Shown in pieces: positions 49,761-60,760 of a DNA stretch of 64,000 nt. The DNA comes from Caldilineaceae bacterium (GTDB taxonomy: Bacteria; Chloroflexota; Anaerolineae; Caldilineales; Caldilineaceae): the NCBI GenBank assembly GCA_963663885.1, contig OY760647.1:3617256-3681255 (forward strand), written 5' to 3'. How positions within the stretch are numbered: position 1 is the first letter of the stretch; every line of letters begins with the position of its first letter. A program made the position numbers and the translations under genes. A model generated the notes under the pieces. That model was not told where the DNA came from. It did not search any database and was given only the letters and a program-made list of their open reading frames with translations.

Positions 49761-50074
49761 GCCCCCGTGCCGTCCGGATGCACCGACACGATCGTGCTGT
49801 CCAACCCCGCCACTTCCAGCTTGATGCGCAGGATCCCTTCCGCCTGCAAGCGGGTGAAGACCCGGTCCAGCACCCCCTTCTTGGCCCAGCGGTTCAGCCG
49901 CTGGTACACCGTGTTCCAGGGGCCGAACCGTTCCGGCAAGGCCCGCCACTTGCAGCCCTGCTCGGTCATGTACAGGAAGGCGTTCAGCACCTGCAGGTTG
50001 GACACCTGCACGTTCCCCCGGGGCACGGGCAAACAGGCGGCAATGCGCGCATACTGGGCTTCCGTGAGTTCCAT
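49667..50074 (-). CDS. IS5-family transposase OrfA (HTH N-terminal part)
   Basis: see IS element; 135 aa. Confidence 0.75.
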   Translation of the reverse strand: MELTEAQYARIAACLPVPRGNVQVSNLQVLNAFLYMTEQGCKWRALPERFGPWNTVYQRLNRWAKKGVLDRVFTRLQAEGILRIKLEVAGLDSTIVSVHPDGTGAPKKTDRRPSAAPAAAGPPRFTWLPRMNARW

Positions 50075-50115
50075 GGCAACCGCCCTCCGGCTCTCTTCCG
50101 GCCAAGGCCCCTAGT

Positions 50116-53100
50116 CTACCCCATAGTGTCAACAGGCCCTAGCCCATCTGCACCCCAGCATTCGATGGTTTCGTCAGGACGTACGCCGCAGGTATAGCGG
50201 CGTCCTGCACTGACGGTTGTGAACTTGCCGCCTGGCGGCGTTGCCTGGCCCTGATTGTTCTCACCCCAGCAGGTCAGGGTGCCGTCGATCCGTAGGGCGC
50301 AGGTGTGGCTGCCCCCGGCGCTGACGGCGACGAACCGTCCGGCTGGCGGTGCCGCCTGGCCAAACCCGTTCCACCCCCAGCAGGTCAGGGTGTCGTCGAT
50401 CCGTAGGGCGCAGGTGTGGCTGCCCCCGGCGCTGACAGCGACGAATCGTCCGATTGGCGGCGTTGCCTGACCGGACCCGTACCCGTTGTCACCCCAGCAG
50501 GCCAGAGCGCTGTCGATCCGTACCCCACAGGTGTGGCTGCCCCCGGCGCTGACGGTCGTGAACTTGCCGCCCGGTGGCGCGGCTTGGCCGGATTCGTTCC
50601 AACCCCAGCATTGGATCGTGGCGTCAATCCGTAGGGCGCAGGTGTGGTTGCCCCCGGTGCTGACGGTTGTGAACTTGCCGCCCGGTGGCGCAGCTTGGCC
50701 AAGCTCGTTCCGACCCCAGCATTGGATCGTGCCGTCGGCCTGCATCCCGCAGGTGTGGCTGCCCCCGGCACTGACGACGCTGAACTGTCCGCCCGGAGGT
50801 ACCACCAGTCTGGCTTCGGGCAGTGTGTTGCCCGAATTGGAACTCCAGCACTGGACAGTGTTGTCGGTCCGCACGCCGCAGGTGTGACGGTTCCCGGCAC
50901 TGACGGCGACGAACCGTCCGCCCGGCGGTGCAGCCTGGCCGTACAGGTTCTTACCCCAGCACTGGACGGTATTGTCGGTCCGCACACCGCACGTGTGACT
51001 GCCCCCGATGCTGACGGTCTTGAAGTCCGGACTCGGTGACAACACCTCCAACCCCCAGCACTGGACAGTGTTGTCGGTCCGTATCCCGCAGGTGTGTAAG
51101 AAGCCGGTACTGACGGTCGTGAACCTGCTGGCCGGCGGCGCAGCCTGACCATACTCGTTTGCACCCCAGCACTGGACGGTATTGTCGGTCCGTATCCCAC
51201 AGGTGTGCCTAGCTCCCTCGCTGATGGTCTTGAACTTGCCGCCCGGCGGCGTGGCCTGGCCATGCCCGTTGTGACCCCAGCACCGAACAGTGTCGTCGGC
51301 CCGCACGACGCAGGTATGTGCACCTCCGGCACTGACGGTCTTAAACTTGCCGCCCGGCGGCGTGGCCTGGCCAAACTCGTTCCATCCCCAGCACTGGATG
51401 GTGTCGTCGGTCCGCACACCGCAGGTGTGGCTGCCCCCGGCGCTGACGGTCTTGAACTTGCCACCCGGCGGCGTGGCCTGGCCGTACTCGTCCCATCCCC
51501 AGCACTGGATGGTGTCGTCGGTCCGCACACCGCAGGTATAGCTGCCCCCGGCGCTGACGGTCTTGAACTTGCCGCTCGGCGGCGCAGCCTGGCCCTTGTC
51601 GTTCTGGCCCCAGCAAAGGACGGTGTCATCGGTCCGCACGCCGCAGGTGTGGCTGCCTCCGGCACTCACGGAGACATATCTCTGGTTCGGCTGGGCCGGA
51701 TCCGCAGCGAGTTCGATCAGTCTTGCCACCTGGGTGTGGCCCTGTATGACGGCGTTGTCCAAGGGCGTGTCCCCCCAACTGTCCACCATGTCCAACACCG
51801 CGCCATAGGCCAGCAACAGCGACACCACCTGCTCATGGCCGAACCATGCAGCAAGGTGCAGCGGCGTGCTTCGCGGGACATTGATTACGTCCGGGTTGGC
51901 GCCATGTTTGAGCAGCTGATCGGCCACCAGGACATGCCCGTGCCGCGCCGCGTGGTGCAGCGCTGTTTCACCGTTGTCGTCCACCACGTTGGGATCCGCG
52001 CCGTCCGCCAGCAGGCGCGTAACGGCCAGTGTGTTCCCGTTCCGTGCCGCCGCGTGCAAGGACGCGAGGGGGGTACCCGGCGATGCGGATGTTGCCGGAA
52101 CATTCGGCGGTGTCGCCTTGCCATGCCCGGTGTGACCCCAGCACTGGATCGTGCCGTTGGTCCGCACGCCGCAAGCGTGGTAATGTCCGGTGTCGACAGT
52201 CGTGAACTCACCGCCCGGCGGTGTCGCCTTGCCATGCTCGTTGTGACCCCAGCACTGGACCGTGCCGTCGGTCCGCACGCCGCAGGCGTGGCTGTATCCG
52301 GCACTGACAGTGACGAACCTTCCTACTGGCGGTCTCATCCAGCCGGCCCCGTTCGCACCCCAACACAGGAGCGTGCCTTCGGTCTGTACGCCGCAGGTAT
52401 GTTCACCGCCGGCACTGACGGCAATGAACCTTCCTGCCGGAGGCCTCGCTTGGCCGTGGTTGTTCCGTCCCCAGCACTGGGCGGTGCCGTCAGTCCGCAC
52501 GCCGCAGGTGTGGAATGCTCCGGCACTGACGGCGACAAATCGTCCGCCCGGCAGTGTCGCCTGACCATCATTGTTCCGTCCCCAGCACTGGACGGTGCCG
52601 TCGATCCGCACGCCGCAGGTGTGGGATTCCCCGGCACTGACGGCGACAAACCGTCCGCCCGGCGGTGTTGCCTGACCATCATCGTTCCGTCCCCAGCACT
52701 GGACGGTGCCGTCGATCCGCACGCCGCAGGTGTGTTCGCCTCCGGCACTGACGGCGACGAATCGTTCAACCGGTGTCGCCGCTTGGCCGTGGTAGTCCCA
52801 ACCCCAGCACCGGACTGTGTGGTCGGACTGCACGCTGCAGGTGTGGTGCCATCCGGCTCCGACTGAAACTACCCGCGCTCTGGCCTGCAAGCCGACCGCT
52901 CCCGAAGTCCCTGTCGGCAAGGCCATGGTCCAAACCAAGGGTTTCCCCTGCTTGCCATTGGGACGGGTGGACTTCGGGCAGTCGAATCCGACACAGCCAG
53001 CAATGCGGTCGCGGAGTCCAATCCCTTGAGGACCGGCCTGGCCAAAGCCGGAGACACCCTCGGCAAGGACCGGGGAACCCTCGGTGCCGGCAAGCAGGCA

Positions 53101-53496
53101 GAGGCCCCGGAACATATCCCAACCCACGTAGCCATCATCCCCGGTGGGGACTGTGTCACAACCGTTCCCCGCCCATTCCCAGGCACGCCGTCCGGAGGCA
53201 GGGTCCCAAGACAGGGGGTTTGGGTAGTCGGGCACTGGTCCCGGTCCGCGGGACCGGAGTACGTCTCGTCCGCCCGACAGTTCCATAACGGGCGGTGTGC
53301 GATGCCAAGGCCGAAGCCCATGGGGGATGGACGGATCAGTCGACGCATCCCGCATGTCCGGACTGCCGGTGGCTGCGCCAGATCCAGCGACGACCAGGGC
53401 CGCATGCGTCTTCTGAATGGCCCGGTCCTGCACGGGGCCGGCACAGGCCGATATCCCCAGGCACGCAAGCAACAAGGTGATCAACGATAGGCGCAT
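50116..53496 (-). pseudogene. RCC1-repeat/ankyrin lipoprotein paralog, 3' end replaced by IS insertion (C-terminal truncation)
   Basis: MRLSLITLLLACLGISAC lipobox N-terminus; RCC1-like repeats + ankyrin block + RCC1-like repeats; last 8 codons + TAG (LGPVDTMG*) are encoded by the IS right inverted repeat (50116-50143); lacks the WD40 modules of the 11925..17816 paralog. Confidence 0.7.
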
Positions 53497-53887
53497 GACG
53501 AAACGGGTCCCGGACTTCGTGGCTTGGCGCGGTAATCCAGTCGGGGTCTGAAGCCGAGCAACCGCATCGGGTCCGGGGATGGGCTCCATCCGCGGTGTAG
53601 GGGGCATCGTGTCCCCACCGTTGGGGCGCGTCTGGACGCGGCATCCCGCTTGGACCATCATCCACGTTAGCACGCGACTTAGATCCTTGAACGGGCCGGG
53701 TCCGCGTTTGGCGTTGTTTCAGTCTCGTTGATGTGGGTAATCCCACCCACTGCAGGTGGGTCGGCTCCCTGCGCCCCATCGCGTCTGGCACCGGCTGTAT
53801 GGACAACATTCGGCACAGCGCGCCCGTGCTGCCTGTGGCCCCTGGACCAAAATCAACGAAACTGAAACAATGACCCGGTCCCGGCTG

Positions 53888-54760
53888 TCAGCCCTTGACA
53901 GCCCCCAGGGTTACGTTGGTGAGAAGAGACTTGCGGCCTGCTATGAAAATAACGACCACGGGTAGCGTGGCGATGAACGCACCGGCCAGAATCATGCCGT
54001 ACTCGATTTTGTACAGCCCGACCAGTGTGGCCAGCCCGATCGGGAACGTGAATTTCTCCGTGGAGCGCAGAACGATCAAGGGCCACAGGTAGTCGTTCCA
54101 GCTGGCCAGAAAGGTCAGCACCGCCAATACGGACAAGGCACCGCGGCTGAGCGGCAAGCCCAGACGCGCGTAGATCCCCAACTCGGATGCCCCGTCGATG
54201 CGGGCGGCGTCCAGCAACTCGTCGGGCACCGACAGCATGTTCTGCCGCATGAAGAAGGCCCCGAAAGCGGTCACTGCTCCGGGTACCACGATGGCCAGGT
54301 AGCTGTCGATCCAGCTGATCTTGACCATAAAGAGAAAGAGTGGCACCAGGGTCATCTGGAACGGGAACGTCAAGGTGGCCAGCAAGGCCAGAAAGAGGGT
54401 CCGCTTGCCGCGGAACTCGTACTTGGCAAAGCCCCAGCCCACCATGGTGGCCACCCACAGGGCCAACACGGTCTGCGACACGGCCACGAAGGCGCTGTTG
54501 CCGAACTGCCGCAGATAGGGGATCTGCTCCCCGGCCAGGAGCCGCGCGTAGTTCTGTCCCGTGGGTTCCAGGGGCCACCAGGTCAGGGGCAGGGCGAAAA
54601 TGTCGGAATCGAACTTGAACGAGCCGGAAATCATGTACACGAAGGGGGCGCCGGTGAGCAGGACGCCCAGGAAGAGCACAATGTAGGTCAGGATCGAATC
54701 AACGCCGACACGCGGGCTGGCCTGCCCTTGCGCCGCGGCGGCCGGGTGCCGGCTGGCCAT
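53888..54760 (-). CDS. carbohydrate ABC transporter permease (MalG-like)
   Basis: [32 protein letters not shown] loop; TM pattern. Confidence 0.85.
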   Translation of the reverse strand: MASRHPAAAAQGQASPRVGVDSILTYIVLFLGVLLTGAPFVYMISGSFKFDSDIFALPLTWWPLEPTGQNYARLLAGEQIPYLRQFGNSAFVAVSQTVLALWVATMVGWGFAKYEFRGKRTLFLALLATLTFPFQMTLVPLFLFMVKISWIDSYLAIVVPGAVTAFGAFFMRQNMLSVPDELLDAARIDGASELGIYARLGLPLSRGALSVLAVLTFLASWNDYLWPLIVLRSTEKFTFPIGLATLVGLYKIEYGMILAGAFIATLPVVVIFIAGRKSLLTNVTLGAVKG

Positions 54761-55648
54761 TCAGATCTCCCGAAACATGCCCAGGATGCGTACCTGGACG
54801 AACGTCAGGACCAGAATGATGAGGGCCAGGGAAATGCCCAGGGCGGCGGCGTAGCCGAACTTGAGGAAACGGAAGCCGTTCATGTAGAGCAGCATGGTCA
54901 TGAACAACCCCCCGTTGTCGGGACCGCCGGCGACGTCGCCGGTGAGCAGCGCCGGCTCCGCAAACAGGTTGTAGGAGCCAATGATGGCGAAGGTCATCAC
55001 GAAGATGATGACGGGACGCAGCAACGGCAGAATGATGTGCCGGAACAGGGTCCAGCGGCCGGCCCCGTCCATGATGGCGGCCTCCTTGATTTCGGCGGGG
55101 ATGTTCTGCAGCCCGGCCATGAAATACAGGGCGTTGATGCCCGTCCAGCGCCACAACCCCAGCAGGATGATGGCCGGCAGGATGAACTCGGCGTCCAGCA
55201 GCCAGCGGATTTTCTCGAATCCCAGCGGCGCCAGGATCATGTTGTTGATCAGTCCGTATTCATGCTCGAAGACCAGACCGAAGATGATTGCCACCACCAC
55301 GCCCGAGGTGATGTTGGGGGTGAAGTAGAACAGGCGGAAGAACTCGCGCCATTTCAAGCGCCTGCGTGTCAGCAGCAGCGCCAGGCCCAGGGCCGCGGGC
55401 ACGATCAACAGGACGCTGCCCAGGGCGTAGTAGGTGGTGTTGCCCAGGGCCTTGCGGAACAGATCGTCCTGCAGCAAATCCAGATAGTTGCCGAGCCCGA
55501 TGAACACGGGGGTGCTGCCGATGCCCGTCATCTGGAACAGGCTGAGACGAGCGGCCCAGAGCACCGGAAACAGGTAGAAGATTCCGTATCCGATGAAGAA
55601 GGGGCTTATGAAGAGGTAGGGGGCGAACTTGCGCGACCTCAGGCCCAT
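54761..55648 (-). CDS. carbohydrate ABC transporter permease (MalF-like)
   Basis: [30 protein letters not shown] loop; TM pattern. Confidence 0.85.
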   Translation of the reverse strand: MGLRSRKFAPYLFISPFFIGYGIFYLFPVLWAARLSLFQMTGIGSTPVFIGLGNYLDLLQDDLFRKALGNTTYYALGSVLLIVPAALGLALLLTRRRLKWREFFRLFYFTPNITSGVVVAIIFGLVFEHEYGLINNMILAPLGFEKIRWLLDAEFILPAIILLGLWRWTGINALYFMAGLQNIPAEIKEAAIMDGAGRWTLFRHIILPLLRPVIIFVMTFAIIGSYNLFAEPALLTGDVAGGPDNGGLFMTMLLYMNGFRFLKFGYAAALGISLALIILVLTFVQVRILGMFREI

Positions 55649-55721
55649 GGCAAACGGTGGGGCACGCCGCCGGGACCGGGCAAGGCCCCGGCGGGCAACA
55701 AACAGCTGTAGGCGGGTGGGA

Positions 55722-57026
55722 TCAGGCTTCCGCGGCCATGGTGTCGCGGATCTGGTTGGCCACCTCGGAAAAGACGTTGGCGGGCGTCTCTTCCAGGTCG
55801 TAGATGGCCTGCCACTTGGCTCCCAGCAGGGTGTTCATCTCCGAACGGAAGGGACTTTGATACTGCGCGGGCATGCCGGGCGCCACTTCGGCAAACACGC
55901 CTCCCAGATCCTGGCCGGAGAAATATTCGTCGGCGAAATGCAGGCGCTCGTTGTCCATGGCCGGAATGTAGTGCGGGAACAGGTTGGTCATTTCGTAGCG
56001 GCGCACATTGCCCTCCACCGAGAGCATGGTGTACTGCACGAAGTCCCAGGCCTCTTCCACGAAGTCGCTGGTCTGGACGATGCAGGCTCCCGTGCCTCCA
56101 TAGCAACTGGTCTGGGAGCCGCCTTCCTCCCAGACGGGCAGGGGGCGTGCCTTCCACTTGCCGGAGAGATCCGGTGCGTTGTCCTTGAAGAAACCCGCGT
56201 ACCAGTCCGCGCCGGTCTGGGTCAGGTACTTGCCTTCGTTAATGGCGGCCCACCAGGCGTCCCCGGCCGGCTGCTGATTGGCGATGCCGTGCACATCCCG
56301 CAGTGCCAGCAGCCAATCCATGGTTTCGATGCAGATGTCCGAATCCAGGGTGATGTTGCCGTCGGCATCGAAATAGTCGGCGCCGCGCTGGCGGACATAG
56401 AGTTCCGCAGGGGCCGAGAAGCTGATGGCCTTGACGTCATCCGTGGAGACTGCCTGACCGGCCGCGATGAAGTCGTCCCAAGTGACGAGGGCGTCCATGT
56501 CCACCCCGGCGGCTTCGAAGACATCGGCCCGGTAGTACTGCACCACCGGCGTGAGGGCGTGCTCCACCCCGTAAATCTTGCCCTTGTAGCTGTACAGGGC
56601 TTCCCGGTTCAGGATCAGATCCTCAAGATAGCCGCCCTCACTCAGCCGATCCTTGATGTCCACCAGGCCGGGATCGGCACCGCGCAGGAAGCCACCGAAG
56701 CGGCCCTGTTCCAGATCCGCGATGTCCGGAGCGCCGACGCCGCCGGTCTGCAGGGCGATCTGAACCTTGTCGTGCATGTCGGTGTAGGCGATCTCGGACA
56801 CGTCGAGGTTGAAGTCGAAGTCGACCTCGGCCTGATAGTCCTCGCCCATGGAGCGGAACCAGCGCGCGTGGGTGTTGACGAAGGTCCAGATCTCCAGGTC
56901 CACCGCGGCAGCGGCCGCTCCGCCGTCCGCTGACGGCGTGACCGGGGCACAGGCGGCAAGCAATGCTCCCGTCAAGGCCACGCTGGTGCTTTTGAGAAAG
57001 GTACGTCGAGACAAATGCTTGGACAT
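55722..57026 (-). CDS. ABC transporter substrate-binding lipoprotein (TAT-exported)
   Basis: [26 protein letters not shown]; AAGGAG RBS; track ORF to 57095 is an upstream extension. Confidence 0.85.
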   Translation of the reverse strand: MSKHLSRRTFLKSTSVALTGALLAACAPVTPSADGGAAAAAVDLEIWTFVNTHARWFRSMGEDYQAEVDFDFNLDVSEIAYTDMHDKVQIALQTGGVGAPDIADLEQGRFGGFLRGADPGLVDIKDRLSEGGYLEDLILNREALYSYKGKIYGVEHALTPVVQYYRADVFEAAGVDMDALVTWDDFIAAGQAVSTDDVKAISFSAPAELYVRQRGADYFDADGNITLDSDICIETMDWLLALRDVHGIANQQPAGDAWWAAINEGKYLTQTGADWYAGFFKDNAPDLSGKWKARPLPVWEEGGSQTSCYGGTGACIVQTSDFVEEAWDFVQYTMLSVEGNVRRYEMTNLFPHYIPAMDNERLHFADEYFSGQDLGGVFAEVAPGMPAQYQSPFRSEMNTLLGAKWQAIYDLEETPANVFSEVANQIRDTMAAEA

Positions 57027-57353
57027 GCTTAATTCTCCTTGACTCCGGACGGGAACGCCGGGGCACACCGGCGTTCGTAGCGATATTGGCCTCAATCATA
57101 CAAAAAGCCGTGAACGGCCATGATGCGGTGTTCCCGGGCTGTCCGGAAGGTGTCGGGGCATGGTTCCGCAGGCCGGGGCAGATGTATTGCCGGCCGGAGA
57201 AAAAAGCCCCTTTTGGAGGTGTTCGCAGGTGGACTCCCAGCCTCATGAGACTCCGTGGATGCATCAGGGATCCGGTGCTGGTCCGGTGGACCAGCACCGG
57301 ATGTTCACATTGGCCGACTTTGGGCCGACCGGTGAACATGCCACCGCGGCCTC

Positions 57354-58997
57354 TCAGGCGGCAGGCGCGACAAACCCGTATTGGACCCGGGCCTGTTCCG
57401 GCGACAGATACCCCTGGTCCACATCCCGGGCAATCAGGCCATGGGGCCGCAGGTGGGCCGGCCCAAAACCTCCGCCACCCCCTATGCATAGCTCTACCAC
57501 GTCTCCGGGCTGCAGGAGAATCGGGGGAAAGCGCTCCACCGGTTCACCATTGATGCGCACTTTCCCCATGGCTCCGGGTCCGCCCTCCGCCAGGCCGGGC
57601 GGTACGGTGGCCACCCGATCCGGGGTCAGGTTGAACATCATGGGTTCCTGTCCCACATGCTCGAAGACAATCACCTGTCCCATACCGCCCCTATGCCGGC
57701 CGGCGCCGGCGCTGTCGGTCCACAGCTGCTTGGCCCGAAAGTGCAGGGGAGCCTTGGTTTCCAAGACCTCACAGGGCGTGATCGTGGAATTGTTGGGCCA
57801 GGCCACCGGCAGCATGCCGTCCATGGTCGGCTGGCCGCCGCGTCCCCCGTGGGGCAGCATGTCCACCAGATAGTTCCCGTACGGCTCCTCGGCGCCCGAC
57901 AGCACGAAGGGCCAGATGCCTCCGTTGCTGGCCTGAACCTGGTCTCCGAAGACGGCATGGAGAGCTCCAAAGATGCACTGGTTCAGGTTGTTTGTGGTCT
58001 TGGCCCGGGCCTTGACCGGAGCCGGAAATTGGGCATTCAGGATGGAACCGACAGGGGGATTGACGGCAATGGGCCGAAAAAGGCCCTCGTTGTTGGGCGT
58101 GTCCGGTACCAGTGCGCACTTGAAGGGGAAGACTACGGTGGCGTACGTGGTGTTGTACGAGGCATTGATGGCCGCAGCCTCCGTCTGGTCCGAGGTGCCC
58201 GCGAAGTTCACCTCGATTTCATCCCCCTTCACGGTGACCTGGGTACGCAGCCAAACGCGTTCAAGGTAGCCGTCGATTTCCAGTTCGTGCCGATAGCAGC
58301 CGTCGGGCAGCGCCGCGATCCGGTTGCGCATCAGCTGCTCGGAACGGGTCAGGATGGTTTGCGCCAAGTCGTCCAGATGCGTCATGCCGTAGTCGTCGAG
58401 GAATTCCTCGATCCGCCGGGTAGCGATCAGCGCGGCACCGGCCATGGCGCGCAGGTCTCCCAGAAGCAGGTCGGGCGCGCGGCAATTGGCTCCAATCAGG
58501 GAGAAGGCCAAGTCATTCTCCCGTCCTGCCTCGAACAGCTTGAAGGGAGCCATCCGCAACCCTTCCGCGAATACGTCGGACCCTTCAATCTCGTTGGGAT
58601 GGCCGCCCACATCGGACATGTGGGATACGGTGCCCATGTAGGCAATGACCCGTCCGGCGTGAAAGATGGGCATGAGGAGCACATAGTCCGGCAGATGACC
58701 GGTTCCCTGCCATGGATCGTTGGTTGCCAACACGTCGCCGGGCTGCAGTTCGTGGTCGGGAAAACGGCGCAGCAACTCCCGGGCGGTCCGGGGCAGAACC
58801 ACGCAGAAACTGGGTGAGCTCCATGTGGACTGGCAGAGCGATGCCCCGTGACGATCCGTCAGGATGCAGGCAAAGTCGCGGCTTTCACTGAGGATCGTGG
58901 AGAACGTGGTGCGCACAATGATCTCATCCACTTCGTTCAGGATGCTGATCAGGCGCTGCCACAGGATTTCCAGTTCGACGGCACCAAAATCTTTCAT
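57354..58997 (-). CDS. hydantoinase B/oxoprolinase (HyuB) family protein
   Basis: N-terminal DFGAVELEILWQRLISILNEVDEIIVRTTFSTILSESRDFACIL typical of HyuB; no HyuA partner in window. Confidence 0.8.
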   Translation of the reverse strand: MKDFGAVELEILWQRLISILNEVDEIIVRTTFSTILSESRDFACILTDRHGASLCQSTWSSPSFCVVLPRTARELLRRFPDHELQPGDVLATNDPWQGTGHLPDYVLLMPIFHAGRVIAYMGTVSHMSDVGGHPNEIEGSDVFAEGLRMAPFKLFEAGRENDLAFSLIGANCRAPDLLLGDLRAMAGAALIATRRIEEFLDDYGMTHLDDLAQTILTRSEQLMRNRIAALPDGCYRHELEIDGYLERVWLRTQVTVKGDEIEVNFAGTSDQTEAAAINASYNTTYATVVFPFKCALVPDTPNNEGLFRPIAVNPPVGSILNAQFPAPVKARAKTTNNLNQCIFGALHAVFGDQVQASNGGIWPFVLSGAEEPYGNYLVDMLPHGGRGGQPTMDGMLPVAWPNNSTITPCEVLETKAPLHFRAKQLWTDSAGAGRHRGGMGQVIVFEHVGQEPMMFNLTPDRVATVPPGLAEGGPGAMGKVRINGEPVERFPPILLQPGDVVELCIGGGGGFGPAHLRPHGLIARDVDQGYLSPEQARVQYGFVAPAA

Positions 58998-59057
58998 GGG
59001 TTCAATACGCCTGATTGGGTCCTTCCGTTCGTTGGTCCGGCCAGCGCAAGGCTGTCG

Positions 59058-59246
59058 TCATCGATGGGACAGGATGTCGGTGGTCGACACCGCTTCGGGG
59101 TTGTCGCCGCGCTGGCTCTCGATGACGATACGACTGCTGTCGTCCCTTCGGGCGGTCTCCACATCCAAGACCACGTTGTCGATGGTCGTGACTGCAATTC
59201 CATGGTCGTCCGTTAAGCGGTCAGTTAGGGTGGCCTTCCGGGTCAT
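59058..59246 (-). CDS. small hypothetical protein (62 aa)
   Basis: MTRKATLTDRLTDDHGIAVTTIDNVVLDVETARRDDSSRIVIESQRGDNPEAVSTTDILSHR; ATG overlaps stop of upstream small ORF (ATGA); 60 nt upstream of hyuB. Confidence 0.35.
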   Translation of the reverse strand: MTRKATLTDRLTDDHGIAVTTIDNVVLDVETARRDDSSRIVIESQRGDNPEAVSTTDILSHR

Positions 59247-59518
59247 TCCAATTCGCCCTCCTGCGCCTCGTCCAACGCCTCCAGCGTACGGACCAGTCCG
59301 TGCAGGGATTCTGTCGTTTCCTCGATTGTAGCGTTCAACACGTCCATGGACATGGGGAACGGAGCGCCGCCGTGGCTGGTGGTGTAGACACGCCCGTCGT
59401 TGGCAATCCAGCCGACGTTGTCCAGCTCCCAACCCGCATGCAGAATGGTGAACCGTTCCCGCACGCCGGACGGTATGTGGGGCTCCTGATTCCGTTCCCA
59501 CTCACGCGTCCTGTTCAT
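59243..59518 (-). CDS. small hypothetical protein (91 aa)
   Basis: MNRTREWERNQEPHIPSGVRERFTILHAGWELDNVGWIANDGRVYTTSHGGAPFPMSMDVLNATIEETTE...; GGGAGG immediately before ATG; track ORF extends to 59794 in antisense-looking sequence. Confidence 0.35.
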   Translation of the reverse strand: MNRTREWERNQEPHIPSGVRERFTILHAGWELDNVGWIANDGRVYTTSHGGAPFPMSMDVLNATIEETTESLHGLVRTLEALDEAQEGELE

Positions 59519-59673
59519 CCTCCCTTGATTCCAAAAACTGGACCCGTGCAATGGGAATGTCCCGCAGCACGACCCCATTCCGCACCAGTTCTCCGGCGGC
59601 CCGAACCCGGGCCATTGTGGGCGACCGTCGTGCGCGCAGCGCGGTCGCACATCCAGGGATTCAGGATCACTCA

Positions 59674-59707
59674 TTGATAGGTATACCGGTACGCGGTACA
59701 CTACACC
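59674..59707 (+). promoter_or_regulatory. sigma70-like promoter TTGATA-17-TACACT driving leaderless higBA-2, with palindromic spacer (GGTATACC, CGGTAC x2)
   Basis: cactcaTTGATAggtataccggtacgcggTACACTacaccATG; ATG 5 nt after -10. Confidence 0.45.
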
Positions 59708-59986
59708 ATGATGCGAAGCTTCCGCCATCGCGGTCTCAGGCGCATGTTCGAACGCGGCGATGCGAGCAGGATAGGTCCCGACTTGGCCAGTCACGTTGCG
59801 CTCGTCCTAGCGGACCTTGATGATGCCCGCAAGCCTTCGGACCTCGATCTCCCCGGCTACCGCCTTCACCCGCTAAAGGGCGCTCTGAAGGGGTTCTGGA
59901 GCATCTCGGTTTCCGGCAACTGGCGAATGATCTTTCGTTTTGATGATAGCGATGCTTACGATGTTGACCTTGTCGACTACCACTAG
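59708..59986 (+). CDS. higB: HigB toxin (second copy)
   Basis: [26 protein letters not shown]...[31 protein letters not shown]. Confidence 0.8.
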   Translation: MMRSFRHRGLRRMFERGDASRIGPDLASHVALVLADLDDARKPSDLDLPGYRLHPLKGALKGFWSISVSGNWRMIFRFDDSDAYDVDLVDYH

Positions 59987-60000
59987 CAAGAGGCGGCAAC

Positions 60001-60294
60001 ATGGCCATGTTCAATCCCCCGCACCCCGGACGGAGCATCCAGGAGAACTGTTTGGACCCCCTCAACTTGAGTGTGACCGATGCGGCGCGAGTCCTAGGGG
60101 TCGCCCGCCACACACTCTCCCGGGTTGTGAATGGACACGCAAGCATTTCTCCGCAGATGGCAATTCGGCTGGAGAAGGCAGGTTGGTCCAATGCCGAGTT
60201 CTGGTTGCGTCGGCAGACCACATGGGATCTCGCGCAGGCGCGCAAGAACGAAGATCGGATCAACGTCGAGCGATACGTCCCGGAGCGTCAATAA
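60001..60294 (+). CDS. higA: HigA antitoxin (second copy, XRE HTH)
   Basis: [54 protein letters not shown]. Confidence 0.8.
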   Translation: MAMFNPPHPGRSIQENCLDPLNLSVTDAARVLGVARHTLSRVVNGHASISPQMAIRLEKAGWSNAEFWLRRQTTWDLAQARKNEDRINVERYVPERQ

Positions 60295-60760
60295 GTCCTT
60301 TTTGCCAGACAGCCGGATAGGTAAGCCTTGACTGCTGAGCGAGGAATGTATAAAGCATTGCTCACTGCACAATGCAACGTGATCTGCTGCTGGGCCGAAA
60401 AAAAGCAATCAATACGTCTTGGACGTCCGTAGGGGCGAACGTCAGAGCCTTCTACTCAGCAACCGTGTTGGGTGTCAAGCCTTGGCTGCGGGAATAGAGT
60501 CCTGTTGCCAAGCCGCTCGGTTCCGGCACACCGGGTTAAGTGATAGAGAAGCAACTTGTGTGAGGTCGCGCCGAGCCCTACCTGCTTGGGACCCTGCGGA
60601 CTCGAACGGGTGTGGGAGGCACGGATGGCGGGGTGGTGACGGGAGGTTGCCAAGGCTACACCGACTCTCAGGCACCCTTTCCGGCATCGATTCGGGGGCG
60701 TGACCGAGAGCCTGCGAGCCAGTGCCGGCAACACCAACGGCTCCTTTCCCAGGCTTTGGA

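Larger units (their letters stand above)
49281..50143 (-). mobile_element. IS5-family (IS427/IS1031-like) insertion sequence, 863 bp, orfA/orfAB with -1 frameshift
   Basis: terminal inverted repeats cctagggtctgtttacacta (49281-49300) vs revcomp of 50124-50143 gctagggcctgttgacacta (17/20); OrfA MELTEAQYARIAACLP...WRALPERFGPWNTVYQRLNRW; OrfB ...GRSRGGWTTKIHLV...RRLKGWRRVYTRFDK; A7 slippery run at 49750-49756. Confidence 0.8.

Noticed and set aside
49293-50132. 279-aa ORF read as a single protein
   Set aside because: Only the C-terminal ~155 aa (DDE region) is real transposase sequence. The N-terminal part is the -1 frame over orfA, so it was re-interpreted as OrfB/OrfAB.
55629-56933. 434-aa plus-strand ORF
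   Set aside because: Antisense to SBP gene 55722..57026.
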